Of a stretch of DNA of 64,000 nucleotides, positions 1 to 11,702 are shown one piece after another; position 1 is the stretch's first letter; every line of letters starts with the position of its first letter. Under the pieces are notes generated by a model. The model did not search any database and had not been told where the DNA came from. It saw only the letters and a program-made list of their open reading frames with translations. Origin of the DNA: Fidelibacterota bacterium (lineage in GTDB: Bacteria > Fidelibacterota > Fidelibacteria > Fidelibacterales > DSDE01); assembly GCA_046735395.1 (NCBI GenBank), contig JBJKQR010000062.1, forward strand, positions 4,800 through 68,799, read 5' to 3'. Both the position numbers and the translations under genes were made by a program.

Positions 1-1870
1 TTTCGATTTCATCGAAGAGCACGACGGAATAGGGCCGTTTCCGGACTTTTTCCGTGAGCATTCCCCCTTCCTCATAGCCCACATATCCGGGAGGGGCACC
101 GATCAGCCGGCTGACAGTGAATTTTTCGGAAAATTCGGACATATCCAGCTTGATGAGGGCATTGATATCATCAAAAATCACCCGGGCCAGGACTTTTGCC
201 AGCTCCGTCTTGCCCACACCGGTGGGGCCGAGAAAGAGAAAGGAACCGATGGGACGATGGGGATTTTTCAGCCCTGCCCGCGTGCGGCGAATGGATTTGG
301 ACAATTCCCGGATGGCTTCCTCCTGTCCCACAATGTGGCGCAGCAGTTCATCTTCCATGTTCAGATACTTGTCCCCTTCGTTGCGCATCACCTTTTTCAC
401 AGGGATGCCTGTCATCATCTTGACAATGTCCGCAACCACTTCCTCATCCACCAGCGGATAATTCTTCTCCTTGTTCTCCGTCAGGGTCTTTTCCGTCTCC
501 TGCAGCTCCAGGCTCACCTGCTTTTCCATATCGCGGATTTCGGCTGCCTTCTCGAAATCCTGAAGCCGGATGGCTTCATTCTTTTCCCGGGTCATCTCAT
601 CCTTGCGGGCATACAGCTCCAGAAGCTCCCGGGGAATATCAAAATTTTTCAGCGACACATGAGCGCCGGCTTCATCCAGCAGGTCAAAGGCCTTGTCCGG
701 AAGAAATTTATCCGTAATATATTTCTCACTGTAGCGGATGCAGGCCTCAATGGCCTCCTCGGTATATCTCACATTATGATGTTCCTCATAGCGGTTCTTC
801 AGAGAATGGAGGATGGTCCGCGTCTGTTCCATGGACGGCGGATTGACCGTCACCTTCTGAAAACGCCGTTCCAGGGCACCGTCTTTTTCAATGTATTTCT
901 TGTATTCGTCGAAGGTCGTGGCTCCGATGCAGTGAATCTCTCCTCTCGCCAGCGCAGGTTTGAAGAGATTGGCCGCATCCAGTGATCCCTGAGCAGATCC
1001 GGCGCCGACCAGCACATGAAGCTCATCGATAAAAATAATGATATCCTTATTCTGCAGCAGTTCATCCATGAGGCTCTTGATGCGTTCCTCAAACTGGCCG
1101 CGGAACTTGGTGCCGGAAATGAGATTTCCCAGATCAATATTGACAATCCGCTTATTCAGGAGCGAATGGGGTACATCATTCTGAATGATCTTGTTGGCCA
1201 GTCCTTCCACAATGGCGGTCTTGCCCACACCCGGCTCCCCGATGAGGACGGGATTGTTCTTTTTTCGGCGGGACAGGATCTGGGCGACCCGCATAATCTC
1301 TTCATCCCGGCCGATCACCGGATCCAGACGGTTTTCCTGGGCCAATTTCGTAAAATCCTGCCCGAAATTATCCAGAACGGGTGTAGCGGACTTGCTCTGC
1401 GTCTCCTTAACCTCAGAGACTTCAAAACTGCTCTCATAGTTCTGGCGGTTCAGCATTTCCGCCCGAACCTGTTCATAGGAAATATCACTCATGAGCAGAA
1501 TATCCGATGACAGTTCCTCCGCTTCCTTCATGATGGCCAGAAGCAGATGTCCCGAATTCAGATGGGTATAATTGAGCTTTCGGCTTTCCAGATAGGTCAT
1601 TTTCAGAACCCGTTCCGCCCGTTTTGTCAGCGGGATGGTGCCGTAATTTGCGACGGCGTGCATCAGTCGCAGCCGGTTTTCCAGCAGCTGCTGCATCCGT
1701 TCCGGGTTCATCCCCAGCTTGAGCAGGATGTCGTAGGCGGTACACTCGGGGTTTTTCAGAATTCCCAGGAACAGATGTTCCGTATTGATGTAATTCTGCC
1801 CGAGGGCAATGGCGTCATTCCTGGCGTTTTCAATTATTTTCTGCAGATTTTTCGAGTAGTTGTAGGACAT
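1..1870 (-). CDS. clpC: ClpC-type AAA+ Clp protease ATP-binding subunit. Partial: the 3' end runs off the left edge, so it is absent from the ORF track.
   Basis: Own minus-strand translation from the ATG at 1870-1868 gives [38 protein letters not shown] (Clp_N). Walker A-1 is [16 protein letters not shown] (about 1201-1260). A UVR-like [12 protein letters not shown] is present. Walker A-2 is [16 protein letters not shown] (about 181-240). [17 protein letters not shown]...[10 protein letters not shown] lies at 1-120. The segments I translated contain no in-frame stop. Confidence 0.9.
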   Translation of the reverse strand, partial: MSYNYSKNLQKIIENARNDAIALGQNYINTEHLFLGILKNPECTAYDILLKLGMNPERMQQLLENRLRLMHAVANYGTIPLTKRAERVLKMTYLESRKLNYTHLNSGHLLLAIMKEAEELSSDILLMSDISYEQVRAEMLNRQNYESSFEVSEVKETQSKSATPVLDNFGQDFTKLAQENRLDPVIGRDEEIMRVAQILSRRKKNNPVLIGEPGVGKTAIVEGLANKIIQNDVPHSLLNKRIVNIDLGNLISGTKFRGQFEERIKSLMDELLQNKDIIIFIDELHVLVGAGSAQGSLDAANLFKPALARGEIHCIGATTFDEYKKYIEKDGALERRFQKVTVNPPSMEQTRTILHSLKNRYEEHHNVRYTEEAIEACIRYSEKYITDKFLPDKAFDLLDEAGAHVSLKNFDIPRELLELYARKDEMTREKNEAIRLQDFEKAAEIRDMEKQVSLELQETEKTLTENKEKNYPLVDEEVVADIVKMMTGIPVKKVMRNEGDKYLNMEDELLRHIVGQEEAIRELSKSIRRTRAGLKNPHRPIGSFLFLGPTGVGKTELAKVLARVIFDDINALIKLDMSEFSEKFTVSRLIGAPPGYVGYEEGGMLTEKVRKRPYSVVLFDEIE

Positions 1871-1927
1871 CTGGATTTTCCTCAGATTTATCTTAATTTA
1901 AGGAAAGGCGGCGGGAGAAACAGCCTC

Positions 1928-2626
1928 TTATTTCAGACAGTGGAGGCGCCCGCCCTTCAATTCGCAGACCCGTTTCATGGGTTCCATCAGTACGGCGTCG
2001 TGGCTGACCATGAGAATGGTCTGCCGGAATTCGTCATTAATCCGGGCAAAGAGCTCCATCACCTGCAGTGCATTTTCCCGGTCCAGATTTCCCGTGGGTT
2101 CATCAGCCAGCAGAACGGCCGGCGTATTGATGAGAGCCCTGGCAATGGATACGCGCTGTTTTTCACCGCCCGAGAGTTCAGCAGGATAATGATGCGCCCG
2201 GTCTGCGACATGTAAAAACTCCAGCAGTTCCAGAGCCGCGGCCTGCGCGTCCTTTCTGCTCCGGCCTGCAATCATGGCAGGTATGGCCGCATTTTCCACA
2301 GCTGTGAATTCCGGGAGCAGATAGTGGAACTGAAAAATGAACCCCACCTGCTGCTGACGGAAGGCCGTAAAATCCTTTTCACTTTTTCCGCTGAACGAAA
2401 AACCGTTCAGGATAATTTCCCCGCTGTCCGCGCTGTCCATGCTCCCCAGAATATTCAGAAAGGTGGATTTTCCGGATCCGGAGGTTCCCAGCAACCCGAC
2501 CATGTCCCCCTTCTCCGCACTGAACTCCAGATCATCCAGAACCTGGAGCCGCTGACTGCCGCTGCTGTAACTTTTACTCAGATGCCGGACTTCAATAAAC
2601 ATAGTGCCTTCCTTAATTTTTTTCAC
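1928..2626 (-). CDS. lolD: Lipoprotein-releasing ABC transporter ATP-binding protein (LolD-type)
   Basis: Walker A GTSGSGKST, ABC signature LSGGEKQRVSIARAL, Walker B LLADEPTGNLD, H-loop VSHD. It lies directly downstream of two LolC/E-type permease genes. The true start may be the internal MFIEV (2602), which would avoid the 14-nt overlap. Confidence 0.85.
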   Translation of the reverse strand: MKKIKEGTMFIEVRHLSKSYSSGSQRLQVLDDLEFSAEKGDMVGLLGTSGSGKSTFLNILGSMDSADSGEIILNGFSFSGKSEKDFTAFRQQQVGFIFQFHYLLPEFTAVENAAIPAMIAGRSRKDAQAAALELLEFLHVADRAHHYPAELSGGEKQRVSIARALINTPAVLLADEPTGNLDRENALQVMELFARINDEFRQTILMVSHDAVLMEPMKRVCELKGGRLHCLK

Positions 2627-3821
2627 GGATTGCCTGAAGCGGTTTCTGGCGATTCACACGAAATGCCGGGATCAGACTGGACAGAGAAATGATGACAGAG
2701 AGGGACAAAACGGTAACGAGGATATCTGAAAGCTGAACCTGCACCGGAAGCCAGGGTATGAAATATACATCCTGCGGGAGCGGAATAAAGGGAAAATACT
2801 CCTGAATCAGGAGCAGCGGAAGCGCGACGAGCAGCCCGGCTGCCAGCCCCAGTCCGCCATTGATCCACCCCAGGTAAAAATAGCTTTTCATCGCGTCACC
2901 GGGCCCCATACCCATTGCCTTCAGAATTCCCGTCTCCCAGCGCTTTTCCAGAAGCAGGAGCATGAGGCTGGCCACCAGATTGAACCCGGCGAGCAGGACA
3001 ATGAGATTCAGAACGAGAAAGGATCCGGCTTTTTCAATCTGCATGGCCGCAAACAGTTCCCGGTGATCATCCTGCCAGTAACGAAGGCGAGGCCTCAAGG
3101 ATTCAGGAAATTTTCCGGGGGCACAGGATCGGGCGGTCCCGGCCGATACAGCCAAATAGTCCCGGCCCGGATCATCCAGCAGATAGCGCATATCATCAAT
3201 ATGCAGATAGGCATACTGCAGGTCGTAATCGAAGATATCAACCTGAAAAATATCGGCGATGCGGCAGTCCAGAGTCGGAGGCAGGCCCTTGTCGCTTCCC
3301 ATGATATCCAGAATACTCAGTGTATCGCCGCTGTGAAGGCCCAGCTGGTTGGCGATGCCCACACCGATGACAATCTCAGGCATCTCCGTCTGAGACAGAT
3401 CATCCGTTAAAAAATGATGATTGAAGAGATAGGGCTGCAGATTTACAAGTCTGCCGTAGGCCCGGGGACTGACACCCCTCACCAGCACGGCCCGATTTTC
3501 CCCGCCGCTGTGTATCAGCAGCTTTCGTTCGAGAACGGGAGACCAGAGGAATTGCGAATCCTGTGCCGCCAGGAAGTCCGCATCCTTCTGTGCGTCCTCT
3601 TCCGTCCGATGCCGTTCATCAATGCGGACCTGAGCCTCCATATCGGTGGCGCGGTTGAAGATGACATTCTGAAATCCATTCAGAATACTGAGAGAAACGA
3701 GAATGGCAAAGGTGCCCAGAAATACACCGATCACCGTGATCAGAGAGGTCAGTGAAATGACACCGTTTTTCTTCCGGGTACGAAAATAACGGAAGGCTGT
3801 ATAGAGCGGAAGTTTATTCAT
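2613..3821 (-). CDS. LolC/LolE-family lipoprotein-release permease (FtsX/MacB-type)
   Basis: 402 aa. It has an N-terminal TM helix, a periplasmic insert of about 220 aa, and a C-terminal FtsX-like 3-TM bundle (LKAMGMGPGDAMKSYFYLGW...). It overlaps its upstream paralog by 8 nt and precedes lolD. Confidence 0.85.
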   Translation of the reverse strand: MNKLPLYTAFRYFRTRKKNGVISLTSLITVIGVFLGTFAILVSLSILNGFQNVIFNRATDMEAQVRIDERHRTEEDAQKDADFLAAQDSQFLWSPVLERKLLIHSGGENRAVLVRGVSPRAYGRLVNLQPYLFNHHFLTDDLSQTEMPEIVIGVGIANQLGLHSGDTLSILDIMGSDKGLPPTLDCRIADIFQVDIFDYDLQYAYLHIDDMRYLLDDPGRDYLAVSAGTARSCAPGKFPESLRPRLRYWQDDHRELFAAMQIEKAGSFLVLNLIVLLAGFNLVASLMLLLLEKRWETGILKAMGMGPGDAMKSYFYLGWINGGLGLAAGLLVALPLLLIQEYFPFIPLPQDVYFIPWLPVQVQLSDILVTVLSLSVIISLSSLIPAFRVNRQKPLQAIREKN

Positions 3822-5022
3822 ATCTCAGCAGCTCATAGGGTTTTACGGCAGCCGCCCGGGAGGCGGGATAGAGTGAAGCGGCCAGAGATACGGCCAGGCC
3901 GACGGCCGTCACGAGGGCGATGATGGAAAAATTGATTTCGATGGGAATCCGGTCCACAAAATACACGTCGGATGAAATACTGATCCAGGCATATTTCATC
4001 TGGCCCCACTCGATGAATTTTGCCAGGGCGATCCCGATGCTGAGGCCGACAGAGGACATAATGAGCCCGTCCAGAAAGAACAGGGCCCGGATCCGGGCTC
4101 CGGAAAGTCCCATGGCTTTCAGAATGGCAATTTCCTTCTCCTTCACAATCACAATCATCACCAGTGTGGAGATAATATTGACAATGGCGACGAGCGCGAT
4201 GAGTCCGAATATGAGCATGATGGGCAGCTGCTGCGTTTCCAGCCAGCGGAACAGGGTATAGTGCCGTTCCTTCCAGGTCAGAAAATAGAAGGGGTAGGTC
4301 ACACGGGCATCGAACCACTGGGACAGAAAGGGCAGATTCTGCGGATCGCGCACAAGGATCTGGTAGCCGGATATCCTGTCGCCGGCATGAAAAATGTCAC
4401 GAAACGTTTCCAGGCTCATATAAGCCAGTGTCTTGTCATATTCGCTCATCCCGGTCGAAAAGATTCCTGATACGGTACAGCTGTGCCGTTCAAAACCCCG
4501 GTACAGCGAATAATCCCCATTAATCCGGATCAGATCAATCGTATCACCCGCAGCCACATTCAGCGCTTCGGCAGCGCCCTTGCCCAGGAGTATTGCTCCC
4601 GGCTTCAGGTCCAGGCTTCCGGCGATGATTTCTTTGGACGAGGCGTGAATCGTCTGAAACGCCGATGGATCGAGCGCCTCGATCAGTACACCTTCATTGC
4701 CGTCCCGGCTTTTCAGAATGCCTTCGCCGCTGCAGAAGGGCGCATACACCGTGACAAAGGAGGCCGAATCCAGTTCCGCTTCCAGAGTACGGTCCCGGTC
4801 CAGCATCCGGTCCGGCAGATTTACCACTCGCACATGGGCGTCAAAACCGGTGATTTTTCGTATCAGATTGGTTTCGAATCCCCGGAGAATCCCGGCAGTC
4901 AGCGTCAGGGCAACCGTTCCCAGCACCAGGCCTATCACCGCAAGACTGCGGATAAAGGGCAGAAACTGCACTGTCCGGTTCCGGACAGCCATTTTCCCGG
5001 CCAGGAAGAGTTCGAAAATCAT
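3814..5022 (-). CDS. LolC/LolE-family lipoprotein-release permease, paralog of 2613..3821
   Basis: 402 aa with the same architecture (ILKAMGLSGARIRALFFLDGL; C-terminal 3-TM bundle). It sits 10 nt downstream of lysS. Confidence 0.85.
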   Translation of the reverse strand: MIFELFLAGKMAVRNRTVQFLPFIRSLAVIGLVLGTVALTLTAGILRGFETNLIRKITGFDAHVRVVNLPDRMLDRDRTLEAELDSASFVTVYAPFCSGEGILKSRDGNEGVLIEALDPSAFQTIHASSKEIIAGSLDLKPGAILLGKGAAEALNVAAGDTIDLIRINGDYSLYRGFERHSCTVSGIFSTGMSEYDKTLAYMSLETFRDIFHAGDRISGYQILVRDPQNLPFLSQWFDARVTYPFYFLTWKERHYTLFRWLETQQLPIMLIFGLIALVAIVNIISTLVMIVIVKEKEIAILKAMGLSGARIRALFFLDGLIMSSVGLSIGIALAKFIEWGQMKYAWISISSDVYFVDRIPIEINFSIIALVTAVGLAVSLAASLYPASRAAAVKPYELLRYE

Positions 5023-5031
5023 ATTTATCCG

Positions 5032-6531
5032 TTATTCAGGTTTCATTGCAGGAAACAGGATTACATCCTTGATGGAGGTCTGCCCCGTGAAGAGCATCAC
5101 CAGCCGGTCAATCCCGATACCGCAGCCACCGGTAGGCGGCATTCCGGTTTCAATAGCCTGGATAAAATCCTCATCGAAGGTCTGGGCCTCCTTGTCACCG
5201 GCAGCCCGCAGCGCAGCCTGGGATTCGAGACGTTCCCGCTGATCCACGGGATCATTCAGTTCGGAAAAGGCATTCGCATATTCGGTGCCGCAGATAAAGA
5301 GTTCGAAGCGTTCCACAAACTTGCTGTCGCCGTCCCGTTTCATTTTTGCCAGGGGACTGATTTCCTTGGGATAATCTATCACGAAGGTGGGCTGGATCAG
5401 ATTCGGCTCCACAAATTCCCCGAAGAGTTCGTCGATAATATTTCCGTAGTTCCAGCTGCTGTCCACCTTCAATCCTTTTTTGACGGCGAGCTCCGCCAGT
5501 TCGTCCCGTCCTGCATTGCGGATATCGGTGCCGACATATTCCTGAAAGAGATCAAACATGGCCCTGCGGGCAAAGGGTTCATTCAGACGGATAGTCTGGT
5601 CACGATAGGTCAGCTCCTCGACGGACAGCATGTCCGCAATGCTGCGGAAGACGCCTTCCACCCGGTCCATCATGGTAAAATAGTCCACATAGGCTTCGTA
5701 AAATTCGATGGCGGTGAATTCGGGATTGTGATTCCGGTCCATTCCCTCATTCCGGAAATTCTTGGCAATTTCATAGACCTTGTCAAAACCACCGACGATG
5801 AGCCGTTTCAGATACAGTTCATCGGCAATGCGTAAAAATAATTCCATATCGAGGGTATTGTGGTGGGTCTTGAAAGGCCGCGCGCTGGCACCGCCGTAAA
5901 GAGGCTGAAGCACGGGTGTCTCCACTTCCAGAAAACCCAGTCCGTCAAAATAATCCCGGATCGCCCGCAGAATACGGCTGCGGGTGCGAAAGGCCTCCCG
6001 GACCTCCGGATTCACTATCAGGTCCAGATAGCGTTTCCGATAGCGGAGTTCCTTGTCGCTGAAGGCATCATGAACCACGCCGTCCTTTTCCTTCACAATG
6101 GGCAGGGGACGGATATTCTTCGACAGCAGCCGGATTTCGGAGGCCATCACCGTAATTTCGCCGGTTCGCGTCTTCATCACCGAACCCGTAACACCGAGAA
6201 TATCGCCTATATCCAGCATTTTAAACATTTTATAGCTGTCCTCACCCACATCGTTGCGGGAAACATAAATCTGTATGCGCCCTTCCGAATCCTGAAGATG
6301 GGCAAAACTGGCCTTCCCCATGATCCGCACCGCCATCATGCGACCGGCAATACTCACCGACTGTTCTTCCAGCGCTTCAAAATTTCCGGTAATCCCGGCG
6401 CTGCTCTGTGTCACATTGAAACTGTAGGGATAGGGCTCCACACCCATCTCACGCAGCTGAGTCAATTTCTGTTTTCTCTGACGCAGTATTTCGTCGAGCG
6501 TGGAATGACTTTCTTGATTCTGTTCGGACAT
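5032..6531 (-). CDS. lysS: Lysine--tRNA ligase (class II)
   Basis: 499 aa. OB-fold anticodon domain (VSIAGRMMAVRIMGKASFAHLQDSEGRIQIY), FRNEGMDRNHNPEFT, and motif 3 GGCGIGIDRLVMLF. The conserved prfB-lysS gene pair is present. Confidence 0.95.
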   Translation of the reverse strand: MSEQNQESHSTLDEILRQRKQKLTQLREMGVEPYPYSFNVTQSSAGITGNFEALEEQSVSIAGRMMAVRIMGKASFAHLQDSEGRIQIYVSRNDVGEDSYKMFKMLDIGDILGVTGSVMKTRTGEITVMASEIRLLSKNIRPLPIVKEKDGVVHDAFSDKELRYRKRYLDLIVNPEVREAFRTRSRILRAIRDYFDGLGFLEVETPVLQPLYGGASARPFKTHHNTLDMELFLRIADELYLKRLIVGGFDKVYEIAKNFRNEGMDRNHNPEFTAIEFYEAYVDYFTMMDRVEGVFRSIADMLSVEELTYRDQTIRLNEPFARRAMFDLFQEYVGTDIRNAGRDELAELAVKKGLKVDSSWNYGNIIDELFGEFVEPNLIQPTFVIDYPKEISPLAKMKRDGDSKFVERFELFICGTEYANAFSELNDPVDQRERLESQAALRAAGDKEAQTFDEDFIQAIETGMPPTGGCGIGIDRLVMLFTGQTSIKDVILFPAMKPE

Positions 6532-6551
6532 GCTTTCTCCTCTATCCTCTG

Positions 6552-7670
6552 TTATTCCTCAGTTTCGTTCATTTTACGGTACTTCCAGGCCAGAAAGGCA
6601 TGGATGAAGGGATTGAGATTCCCATCCATCACGGCCTGAATATTTCCGGTTTCATAACCGCTGCGCGTATCCTTCACCATGGTATAGGGCTGAAAGACAT
6701 AGCTTCGGATCTGACTGCCCCAGGCAATATCCATCTTGCTCTTGTCCAGCTCGTTCCGCCGGGCCTTTTCCTCCTCAGACTGCCTCTGATACAGACGGGA
6801 ATAGAGGATTTTCATGGCTACATCCTTGTTTTTATGCTGGGACCGTTCATTCTGGCAGCTGACAACGATTCCCGTGGGAAGATGGGTAATCCGGACGGCC
6901 GAATCGGTCTTGTTCACATGCTGGCCTCCGGCCCCGCTGGCCCGAAAGGTATCGATGCGCAGGTCCACCGGATTGATTTCGATATCGGGCACTTCATCAA
7001 AAACCGGGTAGGCAAAAACCGAGGCAAAGGACGTATGTCTGCGGGCGTTGCTGTCGAAGGGGGAAATTCTCACCAGGCGGTGAACTCCGCTCTCCGCATT
7101 CACATAGCCATAGGCATAATTGCCCTTGACCTCAATGACAACTTCCTTGATTCCGGCGATTTCACCGGGCAGATAATTCAGGACCCGATACTCAAATCCC
7201 CGGTCATCCAGCCAGCGTGTATACATGCGAAAAAGCATGCTGGCCCAGTCCATGGACTCCGTTCCCCCGGCTCCGGGCCGGATTTCCAATATCGCATCCC
7301 GCCGGTCGTGCTCACCGCTCAGAAGCTTTTCACTCTCAATATCATCCAGATTCTTTTCCAGTGCGGCCAGCAGCGACTTGAATTCATCCAGAACATCATT
7401 GTCCTCTTCCATCATCATGACGTAGAGATCAATATCTTCGGTCTGCTGCTGTACCTTTTTCCAGCGTTCCTGCTCAAATTCGATCCCGGCAAGTTCCCGG
7501 TTGACGGCCTGGGCACGGTCCTGATCCTGCCAGAAGCCGTCCTCGGTCGTCATGTCCCGGAGTTCGGCCAGGCGCTCGGACTTGGCATCCACATCCATGT
7601 ATTTTTTTACATCGGCTGTCTTGCGCTTAAGTTTTTCGCTCATATCGAGAATGCTGTCAGGAATCTGCAT
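6552..7670 (-). CDS. prfB: Peptide chain release factor 2, one uninterrupted ORF with no programmed +1 frameshift
   Basis: 372 aa. RF2-specific SPF (RISPFDS) and the GGQ motif (SGAGGQHVNKTDSAVRITH). The N-terminus ...KKYMDVDAKSERL aligns with the E. coli frameshift region (GYL-UGA-DYDAKKERL) without a stop. Confidence 0.95.
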   Translation of the reverse strand: MQIPDSILDMSEKLKRKTADVKKYMDVDAKSERLAELRDMTTEDGFWQDQDRAQAVNRELAGIEFEQERWKKVQQQTEDIDLYVMMMEEDNDVLDEFKSLLAALEKNLDDIESEKLLSGEHDRRDAILEIRPGAGGTESMDWASMLFRMYTRWLDDRGFEYRVLNYLPGEIAGIKEVVIEVKGNYAYGYVNAESGVHRLVRISPFDSNARRHTSFASVFAYPVFDEVPDIEINPVDLRIDTFRASGAGGQHVNKTDSAVRITHLPTGIVVSCQNERSQHKNKDVAMKILYSRLYQRQSEEEKARRNELDKSKMDIAWGSQIRSYVFQPYTMVKDTRSGYETGNIQAVMDGNLNPFIHAFLAWKYRKMNETEE

Positions 7671-7802
7671 ATCTTCCCTTTATGCTTTTAGGTCTGCCCT
7701 TGAGGCAGTCAGTATTTTTTGGATTTGGAATATGTGACAGGCTTGGTATTCACGGCCGGAATTTACGTAAAAACAGGCGGGGATAAAAGGGGATTGCACA
7801 GG

Positions 7803-10800
7803 TCAGGCATGATTTCCGCCCGACTTATCCTCTTTCAGAGAGGACAAGACCTTTTTCAGTTTCCCGAAGGACAGCGGTTTTTCCAGAAACTGTATATGAT
7901 CCCGGCCCAGTTCAGATTTAATTTCATCCAGATTAAAATAACCTGAAATCAGAATCATTTCCTGGCCCGGCCTGAGTTCTCGGATTTTCCTGACCAGGTC
8001 AATCCCGCTGACGCCGGGCATGCGGACATCGCTGATAACCACGCGATACCGATCCGGGTTTGTTGAGAACAGATCAAAGGCCCGGTGGCCATCCTCTGCC
8101 GTCTCAACCATGAAACCCAATTCGCGAAGGACACGGCTGGTGACCATCAGGACATCGGAATCATTTTCCACCAGCAGAATCCGGGCTACGGCCCTTTCCT
8201 CCAGGGGCAGATAAACATGAAATACCGCACCGCCGCCTACCGGAGACTCGGCAAAGACAACGCCGTCATACTGGCTGACGATACCATAGACCTGCGACAG
8301 CCCCAGTCCGGTTCCCTTGCCCACTTCCTTGGTCGTGAAAAAGGGCTCGAAGATTCGGCGGATATATTCTTCCGGGATACCCGGGCCGTCATCTGCGACG
8401 GTCAGATGCAGGCAGGTGCCCACGATCGGGCGATCCATACCCGGACGATCCAGATCATGCTCCTTCAGAATCACTTTTTCCATCGTAACACGAATTTCGC
8501 CCCCATCCTCCATCGCATCCCGGGCATTGAAAATCAGGTTCAGAAGCACCTGTTCAATCTGCGTGGCATCAGCCTTCAGGCTGCAGTCATCACAGTTTTC
8601 CACTGAAACGAGTAATGTCGTATTCTCGGGAAGGCTGGCCTGAATCATCACGAGGGCATCCTGAATCAGCCTGGAGATGGAATGCACTTCCATGATCCGC
8701 ACGGTCCGGCGCCCGAAATCCGTAATCTGCCGCACCAGCTGGGCCGCCCGCTCACTGGTTCTGGTAATAAAACTTACGAACTCACTCTGCCGCTGCGAAA
8801 TGCCCTTTTCCATCTTCATCAGTTCGGCCGTACCCAGAATCCCGGTGAGGAGATTATTGAAATTATGTGAAAAACCGGCTGCAAGCTGCCCCACAGCGGC
8901 CAGGCGTTCCTGTCTGACCAGAATGGACTGGGTTCTCTCCAGTTCTTCGACAGCTGTTTTCAGTTCCTCGTTGGACTCGCGGAGTCGGATTTCCGCCTTC
9001 CGACGGTCGGTCACATCCCGCTGAATCCCGAAATTTCCGGTAATCCGGCCCTGATCATCGTACAGACAGATATAGTCGCCCTCCACATACATCTGACTGC
9101 CGTCCTTGCGGCGCTCATCCGTCTCAACGTGGATATGCCCTTCGTCAAAAAGTTCCTTCCACAGCGCACGTCCCATCTCAATATCATGAGCATAAAAATC
9201 CAGGGGCCGGAGATTCAGCATTTCATCCTGTTTATACCCGTACTGATCCAGCAGGGCTTTGTTGATCCGGGTCATACGCTGATGTTCAAAAACATAATCC
9301 AGCGTCTTCTCCCGGTCAATGGTCGAATTCCAGGCAACTGGTTCATCCAGCATGAGAAAGAAAAAACCATCCAGAGACTGGCTGAAAAACAGTTCCAGTT
9401 CCATCTCCTTTTCCTTCAGGGCGATTTCCGCCTGTTGGAGACGGGTCAGATCTACGAAGGATGACAGGAGGTAGGATTCCATCTGATTTTTAAAGGTTAT
9501 ACCCGAATACAGGCCCAGTCCGGGTTCGCCGGCTTTGTTACGAAAATTCACACGTTCGTTCCGGACTTCACCCTGTTCCGCAAATTTTTCCGCGAACTGT
9601 TTCCAGAGTTTGCCATCCGTCCAGAGATGCAGATCTCTCGAAGTTCGTCCCAGCACCTCTTCCTCCGTATACCCGGTGACATCGAGAAATGCCTGATTGA
9701 CCAGTGTCAGTTTCCGGGAAGGAATCCGGCTCAGGGCCAGCGCGATGGGACTTTCATGGAATATTTTCTCAAACCTGTCCTTGGCTTCCTGCAGCAGGCT
9801 CAGGTCCTTGCTCAGAGCCAGCAGGGCCGGCTGCTTATTCCAGTAGCCTTTCCGCACCTTGCTTTCAACCGGCACGAAATGACCGTCCGTGGCCTGCAGC
9901 GGCAGAGGACAGACGTCCCTCTTCCCCGAAACCATTTCGGAATAATTCTTCTTCGCCTCATCCCTCAGTTCATCCGAATAGAGGTCATAGACGGATCTGC
10001 CCAGAAGCTTCTTCCGGCTGTAGCCCAACTTCTGCGAGACTGCCGGATTCATTTCCTGAATACATCCCTCTTCATCCAGAATAAAGACCAGATCATCCAG
10101 GCTTTCAAAAAAGGTTTTCAGATTATTTTCACTGTTCTCGATCTTCAGTTCCTGTTCCTTGCGTTCACTGATATCGAGATGGACACCATACATTTTCAGG
10201 ACATTCCCCTGCTCATCGCGCTCCATTACCTTACCGCGGTCATTGATCCACATGAAATGGCCATCCTTGTGGCGGATACGGCATTCGACGCTGTACTCGG
10301 GAATTTCACCCCGAAAATGCTTCTCAAGAATCTGATTGGACAGGTCCAGATCATCAGGATGGGCGACCCGGGCCCAGGTATCAAAGGTCACCGGTTCCAG
10401 TTCTTCCCGCGTATAGCCCAGCATTTCAATCCAGCGGTCATTAACGGTAATTTCCTGACTCTGCACGTTCCATTCCCAGGTTCCGGCGGATGTACCCCGG
10501 ATAATACTGTCCAGACGGTTTCGCTGTTCCTCCGCCTCTTCATGCTGCCGGATACGCTCGCTGATGTCGGTTCGGATATTCAGACAGGCAGAGAGTCCGC
10601 CCTCATCATCAAAAATCCCCTGTATACGGCTTTCGCACATGAAGGTCCCGCCGTCAGCACGATGATTTTCCACATTCCGGATGATCATTTTTCCATCATG
10701 CAGCGCCTGAATATCCTTCTTAGTCAGCGTCTCCCTGTCAAAATCACTGCAGAATTGACCGAGACTGCTGCCGATGATATTTGCATCCTTTGTGATATAC

Positions 10801-11429
10801 AGCCTGCGTGCCGCATCATTCAGGTACAGTATTTTTAAATGATTATCCGCCACAATCAGCGCATTCTGCGACTGTTCGGCAATCCGTGAAAACAGATTTC
10901 GTTCCCGGAGCTGCCGGTCTGCCTGCCGCCGCAGCGAAAGAATTTCCAGCATATCTGAAAGGATTTCAACTCGCTCCTGACACGAATCCGAGTCCTTCGG
11001 ATCCATTCCCACCAGAGCATGCAGCTGGTGAGAACCCGCCTTCAACAGCAGTCCCTGTGACGCTGCACTTTTTCCCAGATAGGGCAGAAATGCTTCGGCT
11101 CCGCTTCCCTGTATTGCTTCAGGATCAAGTATTTTCCAGGCACCGTCCGGCGGTAAAATTTTCATGAAATCCGGGCACTCAATCGAAGTCGGAACACCCC
11201 GGCTGCGGTTAACCCGGATTTTTCCGTCCTCCTCCTCCAGAAGGAGCACCTGTTTCCAGCCCAGATCCGAACCGCAGAGCGAAAAAAACAGGTCGAACAC
11301 ACGTCCCATATCCGTCATCGTCATGGATTCACGCAGAAAACGGCGTCCGGCCAGCATGGGCCGATTATCAGACTGCGGTGCTTCCTTGACGGGCCCGTCC
11401 GGCATATCGTGATTGCTTGACTGTTTCAT
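7803..11429 (-). CDS. Cytoplasmic hybrid sensor histidine kinase / response regulator with multiple PAS/PAC domains
   Basis: 1208 aa with no TM segment. Several PAS-like repeats (e.g. [27 protein letters not shown]..., [41 protein letters not shown]). H-box [17 protein letters not shown]. HATPase N/G boxes [27 protein letters not shown]-terminal receiver [10 protein letters not shown]...[12 protein letters not shown]. Confidence 0.9.
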   Translation of the reverse strand: MKQSSNHDMPDGPVKEAPQSDNRPMLAGRRFLRESMTMTDMGRVFDLFFSLCGSDLGWKQVLLLEEEDGKIRVNRSRGVPTSIECPDFMKILPPDGAWKILDPEAIQGSGAEAFLPYLGKSAASQGLLLKAGSHQLHALVGMDPKDSDSCQERVEILSDMLEILSLRRQADRQLRERNLFSRIAEQSQNALIVADNHLKILYLNDAARRLYITKDANIIGSSLGQFCSDFDRETLTKKDIQALHDGKMIIRNVENHRADGGTFMCESRIQGIFDDEGGLSACLNIRTDISERIRQHEEAEEQRNRLDSIIRGTSAGTWEWNVQSQEITVNDRWIEMLGYTREELEPVTFDTWARVAHPDDLDLSNQILEKHFRGEIPEYSVECRIRHKDGHFMWINDRGKVMERDEQGNVLKMYGVHLDISERKEQELKIENSENNLKTFFESLDDLVFILDEEGCIQEMNPAVSQKLGYSRKKLLGRSVYDLYSDELRDEAKKNYSEMVSGKRDVCPLPLQATDGHFVPVESKVRKGYWNKQPALLALSKDLSLLQEAKDRFEKIFHESPIALALSRIPSRKLTLVNQAFLDVTGYTEEEVLGRTSRDLHLWTDGKLWKQFAEKFAEQGEVRNERVNFRNKAGEPGLGLYSGITFKNQMESYLLSSFVDLTRLQQAEIALKEKEMELELFFSQSLDGFFFLMLDEPVAWNSTIDREKTLDYVFEHQRMTRINKALLDQYGYKQDEMLNLRPLDFYAHDIEMGRALWKELFDEGHIHVETDERRKDGSQMYVEGDYICLYDDQGRITGNFGIQRDVTDRRKAEIRLRESNEELKTAVEELERTQSILVRQERLAAVGQLAAGFSHNFNNLLTGILGTAELMKMEKGISQRQSEFVSFITRTSERAAQLVRQITDFGRRTVRIMEVHSISRLIQDALVMIQASLPENTTLLVSVENCDDCSLKADATQIEQVLLNLIFNARDAMEDGGEIRVTMEKVILKEHDLDRPGMDRPIVGTCLHLTVADDGPGIPEEYIRRIFEPFFTTKEVGKGTGLGLSQVYGIVSQYDGVVFAESPVGGGAVFHVYLPLEERAVARILLVENDSDVLMVTSRVLRELGFMVETAEDGHRAFDLFSTNPDRYRVVISDVRMPGVSGIDLVRKIRELRPGQEMILISGYFNLDEIKSELGRDHIQFLEKPLSFGKLKKVLSSLKEDKSGGNHA

Positions 11430-11702
11430 TTCACTTCCCGCTTCCGATTAAATACGACACTCCATACCAGAGATTATCCGTAATTTATGACCATAAGCTG
11501 CCGATTGCCAAAAGCATAATCCATATAAAAAAATATTTGACCGCAGTCACATGTGTAATCGATATCCGTAACAGACAAAGATAATGGCGAAATTTTTGCT
11601 GACGGCGGTGATCCGAATAAAAACTTTTGTCTGGAAAAAAAATATTGTAACATCGTTGCGATACCAGATAAGGAATCGCTAAACAGGAAGGAAAACAGCG
11701 GC

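Noticed and set aside
4483-5835. A 450-aa + strand ORF and similar long ORFs at 6600..7691, 9627..10838, 15774..17153, 26823..28169, 49477..50403, 37922..38524(-), 38618..39199(-), 57273..58130(-) and 59976..60785(-).
   Set aside because: All lie opposite strongly supported genes in the codon-aligned antisense frame. Their sequences are low-complexity and rich in R, G, H, P, Q and I, with no recognisable motif. They are shadow ORFs.
6552-7670. I looked for the programmed +1 frameshift (CTT TGA C after an internal SD) typical of prfB.
   Set aside because: The ORF is continuous from the ATG at 7670. The residues aligning to the E. coli shift site read ...KKYMDVDAKSERL with no in-frame stop, so this prfB lacks the autoregulatory frameshift.
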